NCBI GenBank assembly: GCA_964545795.1
Contig: CAZJGC010000001.1
Span: 6,585 to 70,584, forward strand
Origin: an uncultured archaeon
Lineage (GTDB): Archaea > Aenigmatarchaeota > Aenigmatarchaeia > Aenigmatarchaeales > DAIDAN01
DNA: 64,000 nt
Reading direction: 5' to 3'
In this document: piece after piece, positions 39,616 through 50,029 of the stretch
Position numbering within the stretch: position 1 is the first letter of the stretch
Layout: every line of letters begins with the position of its first letter
The notes under the pieces: generated by a model
What the model was told of the DNA's origin: nothing
Databases searched by the model: none
The model's input: only the letters and a program-made list of their open reading frames with translations
Made by a program: the position numbers and the translations under genes

Positions 39616-41823
39616 ATGAATTTTGTAAAACTTCCAAAGCATCTGAGCAAAGACAGCGTCAAAGAAGTTGGCGGAAAATCAGCGAATCTTGCAGAATTAA
39701 TAAACAACGGATTTCCTGTTCCCGAGTGTTTTTTTGTGACTGTTAACGCTTATAGGGAGTTTTTGAAAGAAGCGGGGCTTGAAAATAAAATATTGGAAAT
39801 GGTTGATTCAATTGATTTTGAGAATGTGTCATCTCTTCAGGAGACTTCGCAGAATATAAAGGCTCTTATAACTAATGCAAAAATGCCTGAGAAAATAGAA
39901 CAGGAAATAAAATCAATATATAAAGCGCTTGTATCAGCAGTAGGTTCTTCTCTTGTTGCTGTGCGCTCTTCTGCAGTAACAGAAGATGTGAAAGGAGCTT
40001 CTTCCGCAGGTCAGCAGGAAACTTTCTTGAATGTGTCTGGCGGAGACGAAGTTGTCAATTCCGTAAAAAAATGCTGGGCTTCTTTGTTTAATGCAAGGGC
40101 AATATATTACAGGCATAAGCACAATCAGGAAAAAAATCCGGGCATAAGCGTTATTGTTCAGAGAATGATTGAAAGCAAGAAAAGCGGAATTATGTTTACA
40201 GTAAACCCCTCAAACCCTGAAAACAAGGATATAACAATAGAAGCATGCTGGGGACTTGGAGAAACTATTGTGCAGGGTGAAGTTATACCTGACAGGTATG
40301 TAGTTGATAAAAATACAGGAAGAATTATTGAAATTAATATAGGAAAGAAAGGCATACAAAGAGTGCTTGAATCAGACAAGACAGTAAAACAAAAAGTCAG
40401 TGAAGACATGGTTGAGAAGCAGGTTTTAACAACCAATGAAATTGTAACTCTGGCAGAATATGGAAAAAGAATAGAAGAGCATTATGGAGTGCCGCAGGAT
40501 ATTGAATATGGGATTGATGATAAAATATACATACTTCAGTCAAGGGCAATTACGTTTTTAGAATCTAAAGAAAAAAGCGATGTTGAGAATGAGGGAGAAG
40601 TTCTTGTGAAAGGACTTACCGCGTCTCCGGGCATTGCAACAGGCCCTGTAAAGATTATAACAAAACTTTCCGAGGCAGGAAAAGTCAATAAAGGCGATAT
40701 TCTTGTTACAGAAATGACATCTCCTGATTTTGTGCCTGTAATGGAGAAGTCGGCAGCCATTGTAACTGACAAAGGAGGTTCTACATGCCATGCTGCCATT
40801 GTTTCAAGGGAATTGGGAATACCATGCATAGTTGGAACAACAAACGCAACGCAGGTATTGAAAGAAGGAGAAATTGTTACTGTTGATGCAGACAAAGGCG
40901 TAGTATTCAAAGGAGTTGTAAAAGTTCATGAACAAAAGACAGACGCCTCAAATGAAAAAACAAAAACAAAAATAAAACTTAATATTGCATTTGCTTCAAC
41001 TGCCAAGCAGGAATTTGCCGAGAAGTCTGATGGAGTTGGACTTGTGAGAATTGAGCATATGCTGACAGAAGAAGGGATTCATCCGATGGAATATATAAGA
41101 ATGGGAAGAAGCCAAGAACTTACAGACATTCTGGTCAGAGAAATAGGAAAAATAGCGGAAGTTTTCAAAAACAAGCCTGTATGGGTGCGGACCCTTGATG
41201 CAAGAACTGATGAATATAGGCATATGAAAGGCGGTGAAAATGAGCCTAAGGAAGACAACCCCATGCTTGGATGGCATGGAATAAGAAGAAGCCTTGATGA
41301 GCCGGAAACAATAAAATGCGTTTTTTCTGCTGTAAAGAAGCTTCATGAGCAGGGATTAAAAAATATTGCTTTAATGTTGCCATTTGTTATAAGCGCATCT
41401 GAAGTCAGAAAAACTAAAGAACTTGCAAGAGAATTTGGTTTGCCTGACTCAGTCAAGTTCGGAGTTATGGTGGAAACACCTGCCGCTGCATTGACTATAG
41501 AAGATATATGCAAAGAAGGAATTGATTTTATTTCTTTCGGTTCAAATGACTTGTCCCAGCTTGTGCTTGGCGTGGACAGAAATAATGAGAAATTATCAAA
41601 GCTTTTTAATGAAATGCATCCCGCCATGTTGAAATTATTTGAAATGGTAATTAAAACATGCAAAAAATACAATGTTGAAACAAGCATCTGCGGAGAGGCA
41701 GGTTCAAATCCTGAAATGGTAAAGAAACTTATTGAGTTTGGCATTGATTCAGTTTCCTGCAATATTGATGCTATTGATAAAATACGGCATGCTGCGGCAG
41801 AAGCAGAACATAACTTGATGTAA
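39616..41823 (+). CDS. ppsA: phosphoenolpyruvate synthase (pyruvate, water dikinase)
   Basis: N-terminal ATP-grasp PPDK domain, phosphohistidine domain (GGSTCHAAIVSRELGIPCIVG), C-terminal PEP-utilizing TIM barrel. Confidence 0.8.
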   Translation: MNFVKLPKHLSKDSVKEVGGKSANLAELINNGFPVPECFFVTVNAYREFLKEAGLENKILEMVDSIDFENVSSLQETSQNIKALITNAKMPEKIEQEIKSIYKALVSAVGSSLVAVRSSAVTEDVKGASSAGQQETFLNVSGGDEVVNSVKKCWASLFNARAIYYRHKHNQEKNPGISVIVQRMIESKKSGIMFTVNPSNPENKDITIEACWGLGETIVQGEVIPDRYVVDKNTGRIIEINIGKKGIQRVLESDKTVKQKVSEDMVEKQVLTTNEIVTLAEYGKRIEEHYGVPQDIEYGIDDKIYILQSRAITFLESKEKSDVENEGEVLVKGLTASPGIATGPVKIITKLSEAGKVNKGDILVTEMTSPDFVPVMEKSAAIVTDKGGSTCHAAIVSRELGIPCIVGTTNATQVLKEGEIVTVDADKGVVFKGVVKVHEQKTDASNEKTKTKIKLNIAFASTAKQEFAEKSDGVGLVRIEHMLTEEGIHPMEYIRMGRSQELTDILVREIGKIAEVFKNKPVWVRTLDARTDEYRHMKGGENEPKEDNPMLGWHGIRRSLDEPETIKCVFSAVKKLHEQGLKNIALMLPFVISASEVRKTKELAREFGLPDSVKFGVMVETPAAALTIEDICKEGIDFISFGSNDLSQLVLGVDRNNEKLSKLFNEMHPAMLKLFEMVIKTCKKYNVETSICGEAGSNPEMVKKLIEFGIDSVSCNIDAIDKIRHAAAEAEHNLM

Positions 41824-41854
41824 AGTATTTTAATTAAATACTTCAATTAGTGTT

Positions 41855-42616
41855 ATGTTCGGAAAAAATGAATGCTCTGTGCAGGATTCTGCAAAATTAA
41901 CGCATCTGCTAATATCAATATGCGTTGCAGTCTTCTTTGTTGAGGTTCTTGTGCAATTTTTCTATGGTGAAAAATATCTCAGTTATTTCATAAATGAGTT
42001 TGGCTTTTCCTTAGCCAATGTTATGAACATGAATTTTATTACATTTTTCACATCAATATTTATTCACGCAGGACCAGAACATCTATTATTCAATATAATA
42101 GCGCTATATTTCTTCGGCAGAGTTGTTGAAGAACAACTTGGCTGGAAAAAATATTTGGCAATATTTTTTATAAGCGCAATTGCAGGAGATTTTGCAATTA
42201 TTTTTATGTCTTTGGTTGGTCTTTACTCTGCAACTGTTCCGACAGTCGGGGCTTCTGCTGCAATATTCGGACTGCTTGGCGTTTCTATATTTCTGAAGCC
42301 GTTTGACATGGTTATATATCCTTATGTTGTTCCTGTGCCGCTTATGCTGATAGCCACTTTATATATATTATATAATGTCATGGATTTTGCTTTGGTTATT
42401 GTCAGCGGAAAAGTTTCTGAAATTTCCTATGCCGCGCACATAGGCGGATTTATTGCAGGGCTCTTAATAGGATTAAAGATTGAAGGCAAGAAAAAAGGAT
42501 TTATGCTTATTTTGCTGTTTCTTATAATCGCCATCTCATTTTTGTTTCTTTGGAAATACCTGATTATTTTTGAAAAATTAAATTACATGTCCATATTTTC
42601 GCATGCAGTTAAGTAG
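41855..42616 (+). CDS. rhomboid-family intramembrane serine protease
   Basis: GASAAIFG (GxSG) and the downstream AHIGGFIAG catalytic His; 6-7 TM. Confidence 0.75.
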   Translation: MFGKNECSVQDSAKLTHLLISICVAVFFVEVLVQFFYGEKYLSYFINEFGFSLANVMNMNFITFFTSIFIHAGPEHLLFNIIALYFFGRVVEEQLGWKKYLAIFFISAIAGDFAIIFMSLVGLYSATVPTVGASAAIFGLLGVSIFLKPFDMVIYPYVVPVPLMLIATLYILYNVMDFALVIVSGKVSEISYAAHIGGFIAGLLIGLKIEGKKKGFMLILLFLIIAISFLFLWKYLIIFEKLNYMSIFSHAVK

Positions 42617-42648
42617 GTTATTTATACTTTCTTTTTCTATTTTAGTTT

Positions 42649-43491
42649 ATGAGAATATTTTTGCAGGTTCCTGAAGGATTGAAGACAGAAGTTTTGAAAA
42701 TGGCGGCAAAAATTGAAAAACAGGGCAATGAAGTTATTATAAGCTGCGAGCCGTGTTATGGCGCATGCGATATAAGAACAGACGAAGCAAAAAGGCTTGG
42801 GTGCGGCAAAATAATGCATTACGGGCACAGCAAATTTATGGATTCGGAATTTCCTGTAGAATATTTTCCTGCAGAACATGATGATATAGAAATCCCTGAG
42901 TTTGAAATGCAGCATGAAAATATAGGGCTTGTTACAACAATTCAACACCTTAAGTGCATGGAGAAAATAAAACAGATTCTGGAAAAGAAAGGCAAAAACG
43001 TTTTTATTGGCGGTCAGATTCTTGGCTGCGATTTGTCAAACGCAAAGGCAATAGAAAATAAGGTTGATTGTTTCCTTTTTTTCGGTTCAGGAAGGTTTCA
43101 TGCAATAGGATTGGCTTTGTCAACAAGCAAGCCTGTCTTTGTTTTGGACATTGAGAAGCGCATTCTGAAGAAAACAGATGCAGACATTTTCATAAGGCAG
43201 AAAATTGCAGCGCAGGAACTTGCAAGAGGCAGTAAAAAAATAGGAATTCTTGTTTCAACAAAACCTGGGCAATGCAAAATTGAATCAGCCGCAAACATAA
43301 GAAATATCCTTAAGGAAAAAGGCATTGAATCTTTTATTTTAAGCATGGATGAAATCAAACCAGAAAAACTTGAGGGTTTTGAGCTGGACGCCTACATAAA
43401 TACAGCATGCCCGCGAATAGCAATAGAAAACAGGACGGAATTTAAAAAACCTATTCTAAATACAGATGAAGCAATGGAAATCTTTAAATAA
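42649..43491 (+). CDS. dph2: diphthamide biosynthesis enzyme Dph2 (2-(3-amino-3-carboxypropyl)histidine synthase)
   Basis: QVPEGL...CEPCYGACD signature with three conserved Cys domains. Confidence 0.7.
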   Translation: MRIFLQVPEGLKTEVLKMAAKIEKQGNEVIISCEPCYGACDIRTDEAKRLGCGKIMHYGHSKFMDSEFPVEYFPAEHDDIEIPEFEMQHENIGLVTTIQHLKCMEKIKQILEKKGKNVFIGGQILGCDLSNAKAIENKVDCFLFFGSGRFHAIGLALSTSKPVFVLDIEKRILKKTDADIFIRQKIAAQELARGSKKIGILVSTKPGQCKIESAANIRNILKEKGIESFILSMDEIKPEKLEGFELDAYINTACPRIAIENRTEFKKPILNTDEAMEIFK

Positions 43492-43512
43492 GTTCATTGA
43501 CATGAAATGTTT

Positions 43513-43770
43513 ATGAAATTGAATGTTCTTAAAAATGAAAAAAACAGGCTGGAAATAGAGCTGGAGGGAGAAAACCAGACATTGACTCAATTGATAGCAA
43601 AAAATGCTCAGAAATTCGGAGACAGCGCCGCTGTTCAGGAGCACCCTTTCATGACAAGCCCTAAAATAGTTGTTGCCGGTTCTGACCCGAAAAAGATACT
43701 TAAAAAAGCAATAACAGAAACAAAAAACCAGCTTGAAGAGTTTAAAAAAGAATTTTTGCGGCAGTTTTGA
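43513..43770 (+). CDS. rpoL: DNA-directed RNA polymerase subunit L (Rpb11 homolog)
   Basis: RpoL motif (EGENQTLTQLIAKNAQKFGDSAAVQEHPF). Confidence 0.7.
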   Translation: MKLNVLKNEKNRLEIELEGENQTLTQLIAKNAQKFGDSAAVQEHPFMTSPKIVVAGSDPKKILKKAITETKNQLEEFKKEFLRQF

Positions 43771-44372
43771 TTTTTTTGTTATTTTTAGTGGTGCTAATGG
43801 ATTATAGAAAATTATGGAATAAATATACAGAAGGATGGTTTGGGAATATTGTTTATATTTTCTTAGGGCTTGCAATAGCATATTCCATTAATTTTGGACT
43901 TGCTATTGCGCTAAATACGCAAACGCCTGTTGTTTCAGTGGTTTCAGAAAGCATGGAGCATGTTCCGGTTAACAATATTTTATGCGGAAAAGTTATAGAA
44001 AAATATAATGAGAATTCCTATTGGGCAATATGCGGTCCATGGTATGAATCCAGAAATATTAAAAAATCCGATTTTGATAAATTTCCGTTTTCAAACGGAT
44101 TCAACAAAGGAGATGTTCTATTTGTTATGAACGCGACAGATTACAAGGTAGGGGATGTGATTGTATTTAATATACCCGGAGTCAGGTATCCAATAATACA
44201 CAGAATAGTTTCTATTGACAAGGATAATAATATAGAAACGAAAGGGGACCATAATCCTGTGCAGGACAATTGGAAGATAAGAATAAAGGATATTAACGGA
44301 AAAGCTGTTTTTATTGTGCCTTATGTTGGCTGGCTAAAAGTAGGTTTTATGCAAATTCTTGGCATTATATAA
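43767..44372 (+). CDS. signal peptidase I (archaeal Sec11/S26B type)
   Basis: N-terminal TM, catalytic SESMEH box and TKGDHN box. Confidence 0.65.
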   Translation: MIFLLFLVVLMDYRKLWNKYTEGWFGNIVYIFLGLAIAYSINFGLAIALNTQTPVVSVVSESMEHVPVNNILCGKVIEKYNENSYWAICGPWYESRNIKKSDFDKFPFSNGFNKGDVLFVMNATDYKVGDVIVFNIPGVRYPIIHRIVSIDKDNNIETKGDHNPVQDNWKIRIKDINGKAVFIVPYVGWLKVGFMQILGII

Positions 44373-44414
44373 ACTTTAAATATTTGTTTGTTCAAAAAAT
44401 ATGAACTGTTGTGA

Positions 44415-44759
44415 GTGGTGATTTTTTTGAATTTATGCGATAAGTGTGGAGGGCTTTTGATACCAAAGAAATCCAAGAAAACAACAATTCTTGAATGCAG
44501 AAGGTGCGGCAAGAAAAAGTTAGTCAAGACAGCAAAAGATTTTAAGATATCTTCCAGTGCAGAAGGAAAAGAAACAGAAACAATAGTTGTTGAGAAGAAA
44601 TCAAATTTTGAGGTTTTGCCAAAAACAACTATGCAGTGCCCGAAGTGCGAACATAATGAAGCATTTTGGTGGATGCAGCAGATTCGCGCCATAGACGAAC
44701 CTGCGACCAGATTCTACAAGTGCACAAAATGCAAGCATATCTGGAGAGAATATGAGTAA
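44415..44759 (+). CDS. tfs: transcription factor S (TFIIS/RpoM-like)
   Basis: N-terminal Zn ribbon (CDKCGG...CRRCG) and a C-terminal TFIIS-type ribbon (QCPKCEHNEAFWWMQQIRAIDEPATRFYKCTKCKHIW). GTG start in the track; the start is uncertain. Confidence 0.75.
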   Translation: MVIFLNLCDKCGGLLIPKKSKKTTILECRRCGKKKLVKTAKDFKISSSAEGKETETIVVEKKSNFEVLPKTTMQCPKCEHNEAFWWMQQIRAIDEPATRFYKCTKCKHIWREYE

Positions 44760-44811
44760 TTCTTTTATTTTTAGACAAATGTTTTATATGCCATAAATCA
44801 AATTATAGTTT

Positions 44812-47298
44812 ATGAAGGGGCTGACAACAAAAGCCGCAAAGGAAAGATTAGAAAAATATGGCGAGAACACCATTAAAAGAGAAGAAAAGACGTCAGCATT
44901 TAGATTGCTATTGTCTCAGTTCCTTTCTCCTATAATTATTTTGTTAATTTTTGCATCACTCATTTCCTTTGCAGTGAACTTTGTAAAACATGAAGACTTT
45001 TTTGATTCTATTTTGATTTTGTTTATTGTCTTTGCTGCAGGAATTGCAGGATTTATTCAGGATTACAAAGCAGAAAGAGCTGTAGAGGCATTGCAGAAAA
45101 TGGCAACGCCGAATGCAAAGGTAATAAGAGACGGGAGAGAAATAAAAATAAAAGCAACAGAAGTTGTTCCAGGAGACTTGATTGTTATAGAAGGCGGTGA
45201 CGTCATACCTGCTGACGCAAAAATCATTGATGGCAGACTGGAAGTTGATGAATCGCCCTTAACAGGCGAATCAAAAGCAGTGAAGAAGAAGCCTGGTGAT
45301 AAAATTTTTTCAGGCTGCGGAGTTTATGCAGGCAGGGTTATTGCAAAAGTTTTTGCAACAGGAATGAATACTGAAGTTGGAAAAATTGCAGGGAAAATGC
45401 AAGAAATTAAGACAGAAGATACGCCTTTTCAGCTTCATATGAAGAAATTTACAGGCAAACTGGTTCTTATAACAGGATTGATAATTGTTATAACCTTTAT
45501 TGCAGGATTTGATAAATATGGTCCTCTAATGGCAGGACTGGTTGCTGTTTCTCTGGCTGTCGCCGCAATACCTGAAGATTTGCCTGCTGTTGTCACAATT
45601 GCGCTCTCGCTTGGAGCAAGAGACATGGTTAAAAGAAATGCGCTGGTTCGCAGGTTGGCAATAACAGAATCTATGGGTTCTGTTGATGTTATCTGCACAG
45701 ACAAAACAGGCACATTAACAAAAGGCGAAATGGAGGTTAGCGAACTGTGGTTTTTAAAAGAAAGCAGTGCAGCGCGCGATATGGCAATAGACTGCTGCTA
45801 CTATTGCAATGATTCAAAAGCTATTTTTGAAAGCAGGGAAAAAAGATGGGTTGGCGACGAGACGGATGTAGCACTAAAACGGTTCTCAAAGAAAAAAGTA
45901 AAACATCTTGGAGGACGCATAGATGAAATTCCATTCACAAGCGAAAGAAAGATGATGAGCGTAATATGTGAAATGGAAAATGAAAAAATCATTTTTTCCA
46001 AAGGTGCGCCTGAAGTTATTATAGGCAAATGCAGCAAGGCTGCGAATGGCGAAAAAATAACAAAGTTGGACAGAAAACTAAAAAACAGAATTCTGAACAA
46101 GAACAGGGAACTGGCATCAAAAGGTTACAGGGTTCTGGCCCTGGCATACAAAAAATATGAAAAACCGGTAGAGAAGAACTTGACTTTTGTTGCTCTGGTT
46201 GCTCTCTCAGACCCTCCAAGGCCTGAAGTAAAAAAGGCTATAAAAGACTGCTACTCAGCAGGCATAAGAATAATGATGATTACAGGAGACAATCCGCTTA
46301 CAGCAAAGGCAATCGCAGACGAGATTGGAATAAAAACAGCGTCTGTGGTTTCGGGCAATGACATAGATAAAATGAGCGAGGCTGAATTAAGAGAAACTCT
46401 GGACAAAGGCATCAATATTTTTGCAAGAACAAGCCCATTTCATAAATTGAGGATTCTGGAAGTTTTGCAGAAAAAAAAGCATGTTGTTGCCATGACAGGA
46501 GACGGCGTTAATGATGCGCTGGCGCTAAAAAAGGCGGATGTTGGAATTTCAATGGGAGTAAAAGGGACAGAAGTTGCAAAAGAGGCAAGCGATATTGTGC
46601 TGTTAGATGACAATTTTGCAACAATAAGAGATGCCATTAAAGAAGGAAGAAGAATATTTGACAATATAAGAAAATTTGTGGACTATTTACTAACCTGCAA
46701 TGTTGCAGAAGTTTCTGTTGTTTTTCTAACAACCTTATTTTTAACATTAAAATATCCAATACTTCTGCCTGTCCAGATTTTATGGATAAACTTGATAACT
46801 GATGGTTTGCCTGCCCTTGCTTTGTCTATTGACCCTGCAAGACCTGATGTTATGAAAAGGAAGCCAAGAAAGAGAGCGGAAGGCATTATAAATAAAAAAC
46901 TGGCTTTGCTCATCGGGGGTATTGGAATTAAAAAATCAATAGTTATTCTTGGCACATTTTTTATATCGCTTGCTTTAACTAATAACATAGATATAGCAAG
47001 AACAACTTTGTTCACAGGTTTTATAATGTATGAGTTTGTCAGAATTGGCGTTATAAGATATAATGAAAAGCTGGCAAGTTTGAAGGATTGGCTTGCAAAC
47101 AAATTTTTGTTTTATTCTATGCTTTTATCCCTAATTTTGCAACTCATATTAATTTATACGCCTGTTTCAAGATATTTCAATGTTATTCCTCTTGGCTTAG
47201 TGGAATGGAGCATTCTTATTGGCGGAACAATAATCGGGTTTGCGCTTGGAATTCTGATTGCCTGCGGAGTTGATAGGGCAACAAGGGAAGAGTATTAA
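44812..47298 (+). CDS. cation-transporting P-type ATPase (type II, Ca2+/Mg2+-like)
   Basis: DKTGTLT phosphorylation site, PEDLPAVV, TGDN, GDGVNDA. Confidence 0.85.
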   Translation: MKGLTTKAAKERLEKYGENTIKREEKTSAFRLLLSQFLSPIIILLIFASLISFAVNFVKHEDFFDSILILFIVFAAGIAGFIQDYKAERAVEALQKMATPNAKVIRDGREIKIKATEVVPGDLIVIEGGDVIPADAKIIDGRLEVDESPLTGESKAVKKKPGDKIFSGCGVYAGRVIAKVFATGMNTEVGKIAGKMQEIKTEDTPFQLHMKKFTGKLVLITGLIIVITFIAGFDKYGPLMAGLVAVSLAVAAIPEDLPAVVTIALSLGARDMVKRNALVRRLAITESMGSVDVICTDKTGTLTKGEMEVSELWFLKESSAARDMAIDCCYYCNDSKAIFESREKRWVGDETDVALKRFSKKKVKHLGGRIDEIPFTSERKMMSVICEMENEKIIFSKGAPEVIIGKCSKAANGEKITKLDRKLKNRILNKNRELASKGYRVLALAYKKYEKPVEKNLTFVALVALSDPPRPEVKKAIKDCYSAGIRIMMITGDNPLTAKAIADEIGIKTASVVSGNDIDKMSEAELRETLDKGINIFARTSPFHKLRILEVLQKKKHVVAMTGDGVNDALALKKADVGISMGVKGTEVAKEASDIVLLDDNFATIRDAIKEGRRIFDNIRKFVDYLLTCNVAEVSVVFLTTLFLTLKYPILLPVQILWINLITDGLPALALSIDPARPDVMKRKPRKRAEGIINKKLALLIGGIGIKKSIVILGTFFISLALTNNIDIARTTLFTGFIMYEFVRIGVIRYNEKLASLKDWLANKFLFYSMLLSLILQLILIYTPVSRYFNVIPLGLVEWSILIGGTIIGFALGILIACGVDRATREEY

Positions 47299-47300
47299 CA

Positions 47301-48689
47301 TTATTCTATTGCAGATATGCATTCCTTTGGCACAGGAGTTGGATATTTTCCTGTAATGCATGCAAAGCAATAATTGTCAGTGTCTGCAAATATTTTCTTC
47401 ATATCTTTCATTGTTAAATATCTTACAGAGTCAGCTCCTATTTTTCTGGCTATGTCTTCTTCTGTTTTGCATATATATGTTACAAGTTCTTTTTTGACGC
47501 TGTGGTCAAGACCGTAAATGCAGCCAAATTCAATTTTTGGAAATGCTATTCTCCAATGCACATTTTTGGCTCCTGCAGCCTTAAGGGATTCTGTTATTGC
47601 AGAAGAAGTGTCTGAACGGACTATGGAGTCATCTGTCAGATAAACATTCTTGCCTTTAACAAGAGAAGGAATAACAACATGTTTGAGTTTTGCTTTTTCT
47701 TTTCTTGTCAGTTTTATTCTTTGAGGGTCTCTTAAACTTGGGTCCATATAAACTCTTTCGCCTTTGTTTTTCATTATTGCCTCAACCAGAGGCATTCCAG
47801 TCTTATCAGAAAAACCTTCTGCATAATATTTTCCGGAATCAAGCACAGGCACAACAATTCCATCACTTGCTTTTTCTTCATTTTCTCCCAGCACCCTGCC
47901 TATTTCATATCTTATATCCTGCACAAGCCTGCCTTTGTGGCTGCTTCCGGGTTTCATAAAGTAGAATGGTTCAAAAGCGCATTCCGCCCTTTTTTCAGAT
48001 TTAAAAATTGTTGTTTTTCTGCCTTGTTCAGATATTTGTATCATCTCGCCTGGTTCCAGCTCTCTGGTTTTATAACAACCTAAAGAAAACAAAGCAGAAT
48101 CTTCTGAAGCAAAATAAATTTCCCCGTTTTCGCCAAAACCTTCCCACAGAGGATGAAAACCCAAAGGGTCCCTTAATACAGTTAAAGTGTTGCTTTCATC
48201 AATTATGCTGAGGTTGTAAGAGCCTATGCAGTTCTTAACAATGTCTTTAATTCCGCTGCTAATGCTGTCAGCATCTGACAAATAACGTGCAATAACATCT
48301 GTATCAGTTGAATCTTTTGCGCTGTCAATGCCGAATTCTTCTGCAAACTCCTTTGAATTGGAAACAGTGCCGTTATGCCCAATTATTATTTCATGCTTCT
48401 TCTTAACTCTAATCGGCTGCGCATACTGGCTTACAGACAAGCCCCTTGTTGAATATCTTGTCTGCGCAATCCCTCTTGTTACATCTCTTTCTCCAACCAA
48501 TTCCGCTAAATGCTTATATGCTGATGAAATGCCTCCTTCATTTTTCATTCTTTTTACCACAATGCGTTCATCGCCTGCGCAAACTGCAAAACCCGCAGAT
48601 TCGTCGCCTCTATTTTGCCCAGAACTTGCGAGAAAGAACAAGTCTTTAAGAGCATTATCGTCATTATAGACAGCCGATAATGAGCACAT
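47301..48689 (-). CDS. purF: amidophosphoribosyltransferase-like (class II glutamine amidotransferase + PRTase)
   Basis: N-terminal MC (Ntn-hydrolase Cys1) and a PRTase motif (VYLTDDSIVRSDTS). Confidence 0.65.
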   Translation of the reverse strand: MCSLSAVYNDDNALKDLFFLASSGQNRGDESAGFAVCAGDERIVVKRMKNEGGISSAYKHLAELVGERDVTRGIAQTRYSTRGLSVSQYAQPIRVKKKHEIIIGHNGTVSNSKEFAEEFGIDSAKDSTDTDVIARYLSDADSISSGIKDIVKNCIGSYNLSIIDESNTLTVLRDPLGFHPLWEGFGENGEIYFASEDSALFSLGCYKTRELEPGEMIQISEQGRKTTIFKSEKRAECAFEPFYFMKPGSSHKGRLVQDIRYEIGRVLGENEEKASDGIVVPVLDSGKYYAEGFSDKTGMPLVEAIMKNKGERVYMDPSLRDPQRIKLTRKEKAKLKHVVIPSLVKGKNVYLTDDSIVRSDTSSAITESLKAAGAKNVHWRIAFPKIEFGCIYGLDHSVKKELVTYICKTEEDIARKIGADSVRYLTMKDMKKIFADTDNYCFACITGKYPTPVPKECISAIE

Positions 48690-48725
48690 AATTTATTAAT
48701 AAGCGAGAAAGTATTTATGTTTTGT

Positions 48726-49466
48726 ATGTTTGATATTGTTGGAAACAGAAATAAAGCGGTTGCAATTATAGAAGGGGACAAAAAGCAGGCTGTTGAAATT
48801 CTGGAAAAATATAAAAATGTCAAATCTGTCTTAAAAAAGATTTCAGGCAGGGAAGGAATTTATAGAATATACAGGATGCGACTGCTTGCAGGCGAGAAAA
48901 ACACAGAAGTTGTGCATAAAGAATATGGCTATTTACTAAAATTAGACCCAAGAAAAGTTTATTTCTCTCCAAGAGAAGCTGAAGAGCGGCAGAGAATTGC
49001 AAAAAAAGTTAGAAACGGCGAAAGAATTCTTGTAATGTTTTCAGGCGTTGCGCCATATGCAATAGCCATTGCTGTCAAGAAATCCTGCGAAATAGTGTGC
49101 GTGGAAATAAATAAAAAAGCGGTTGAATATGCCAATGAAAACGTTATTATTAATAGGCTGAAAGGCGAAGTTGAAAATATATGCGCAGATATAAGGCAAG
49201 TGAAAGATAAAATCGGAAAATTTGACAGAATAATAATGCCCTTGCCTGAAACGGCTTATGAATTCCTGCCTGAAGCATTTGCTGTTGCAAAAAAAGGAGC
49301 AGTAATTCATTTGTATGCGATTTCCAGCGAAAAGACAATGTTTAAAGATATAGAAGATAAGATTTCTGAACAGGTAAATCTCAGATATAAAGTTATTGAC
49401 AAACAAAGAGTGTTGCCTTTTGGAGTCAGATTGTGGAAAGTCAGAATTGATATTAAAGTTTTATGA
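48726..49466 (+). CDS. Trm5/Tyw2-family SAM-dependent tRNA methyltransferase
   Basis: Met-10+ like motif (ILVMFSGVAPYAI). Confidence 0.6.
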   Translation: MFDIVGNRNKAVAIIEGDKKQAVEILEKYKNVKSVLKKISGREGIYRIYRMRLLAGEKNTEVVHKEYGYLLKLDPRKVYFSPREAEERQRIAKKVRNGERILVMFSGVAPYAIAIAVKKSCEIVCVEINKKAVEYANENVIINRLKGEVENICADIRQVKDKIGKFDRIIMPLPETAYEFLPEAFAVAKKGAVIHLYAISSEKTMFKDIEDKISEQVNLRYKVIDKQRVLPFGVRLWKVRIDIKVL

Positions 49467-49509
49467 TTGACTTCAAAGTTTTATATTTGATTGTCCCATA
49501 TACTTTACT

Positions 49510-50025
49510 ATGAAAGTTGGAATATCAACAAAAAACCCATTGAAAATTGAAACAGTCAGAGAGTGTTTTGAGCAGGTTTTTGGCAAGATAGAAGTTTTTC
49601 CAATAGATGTCAAATCAGGAGTTCCCGACCAGCCGAAAGGAGATGAAATAATAAGAGGTGCAAAAAACCGGGCTTTGGCGGCTTTAAAGGAAAACGACTT
49701 TGGAGTAGGCATAGAGGCAGGCATAATAAACATGTTTGGCAGATGGTTTGACACAGCCTATTGCGTAATTATTGACAAAAACGGTAAATGCTCAATAGGT
49801 TCTCAACCAATTTTTGAGCTTCCTGAAATTTTTCATGAAAAACTGCTTTCTGGGATTGAACTTGGAAAAGTTGCAGGGGAATATTTCAATCAAGAGAATT
49901 TAAAACATAATGCAGGCGCTGTGGGGGCATTGTCCAAAGGGTTTATAACAAGAAAGGATTTAATAAAATCTGCGGTAAAAACAGCGCTTATACCTTGGAT
50001 AAGCAGAGAACTCTATAACAAGTGA
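49510..50025 (+). CDS. inosine/xanthosine triphosphatase (YjjX/DUF84 NTPase)
   Basis: MKVGISTKNPLK...VKSGVPDQPKG...GAKNRA pattern. Confidence 0.6.
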   Translation: MKVGISTKNPLKIETVRECFEQVFGKIEVFPIDVKSGVPDQPKGDEIIRGAKNRALAALKENDFGVGIEAGIINMFGRWFDTAYCVIIDKNGKCSIGSQPIFELPEIFHEKLLSGIELGKVAGEYFNQENLKHNAGAVGALSKGFITRKDLIKSAVKTALIPWISRELYNK

Positions 50026-50029
50026 TGTC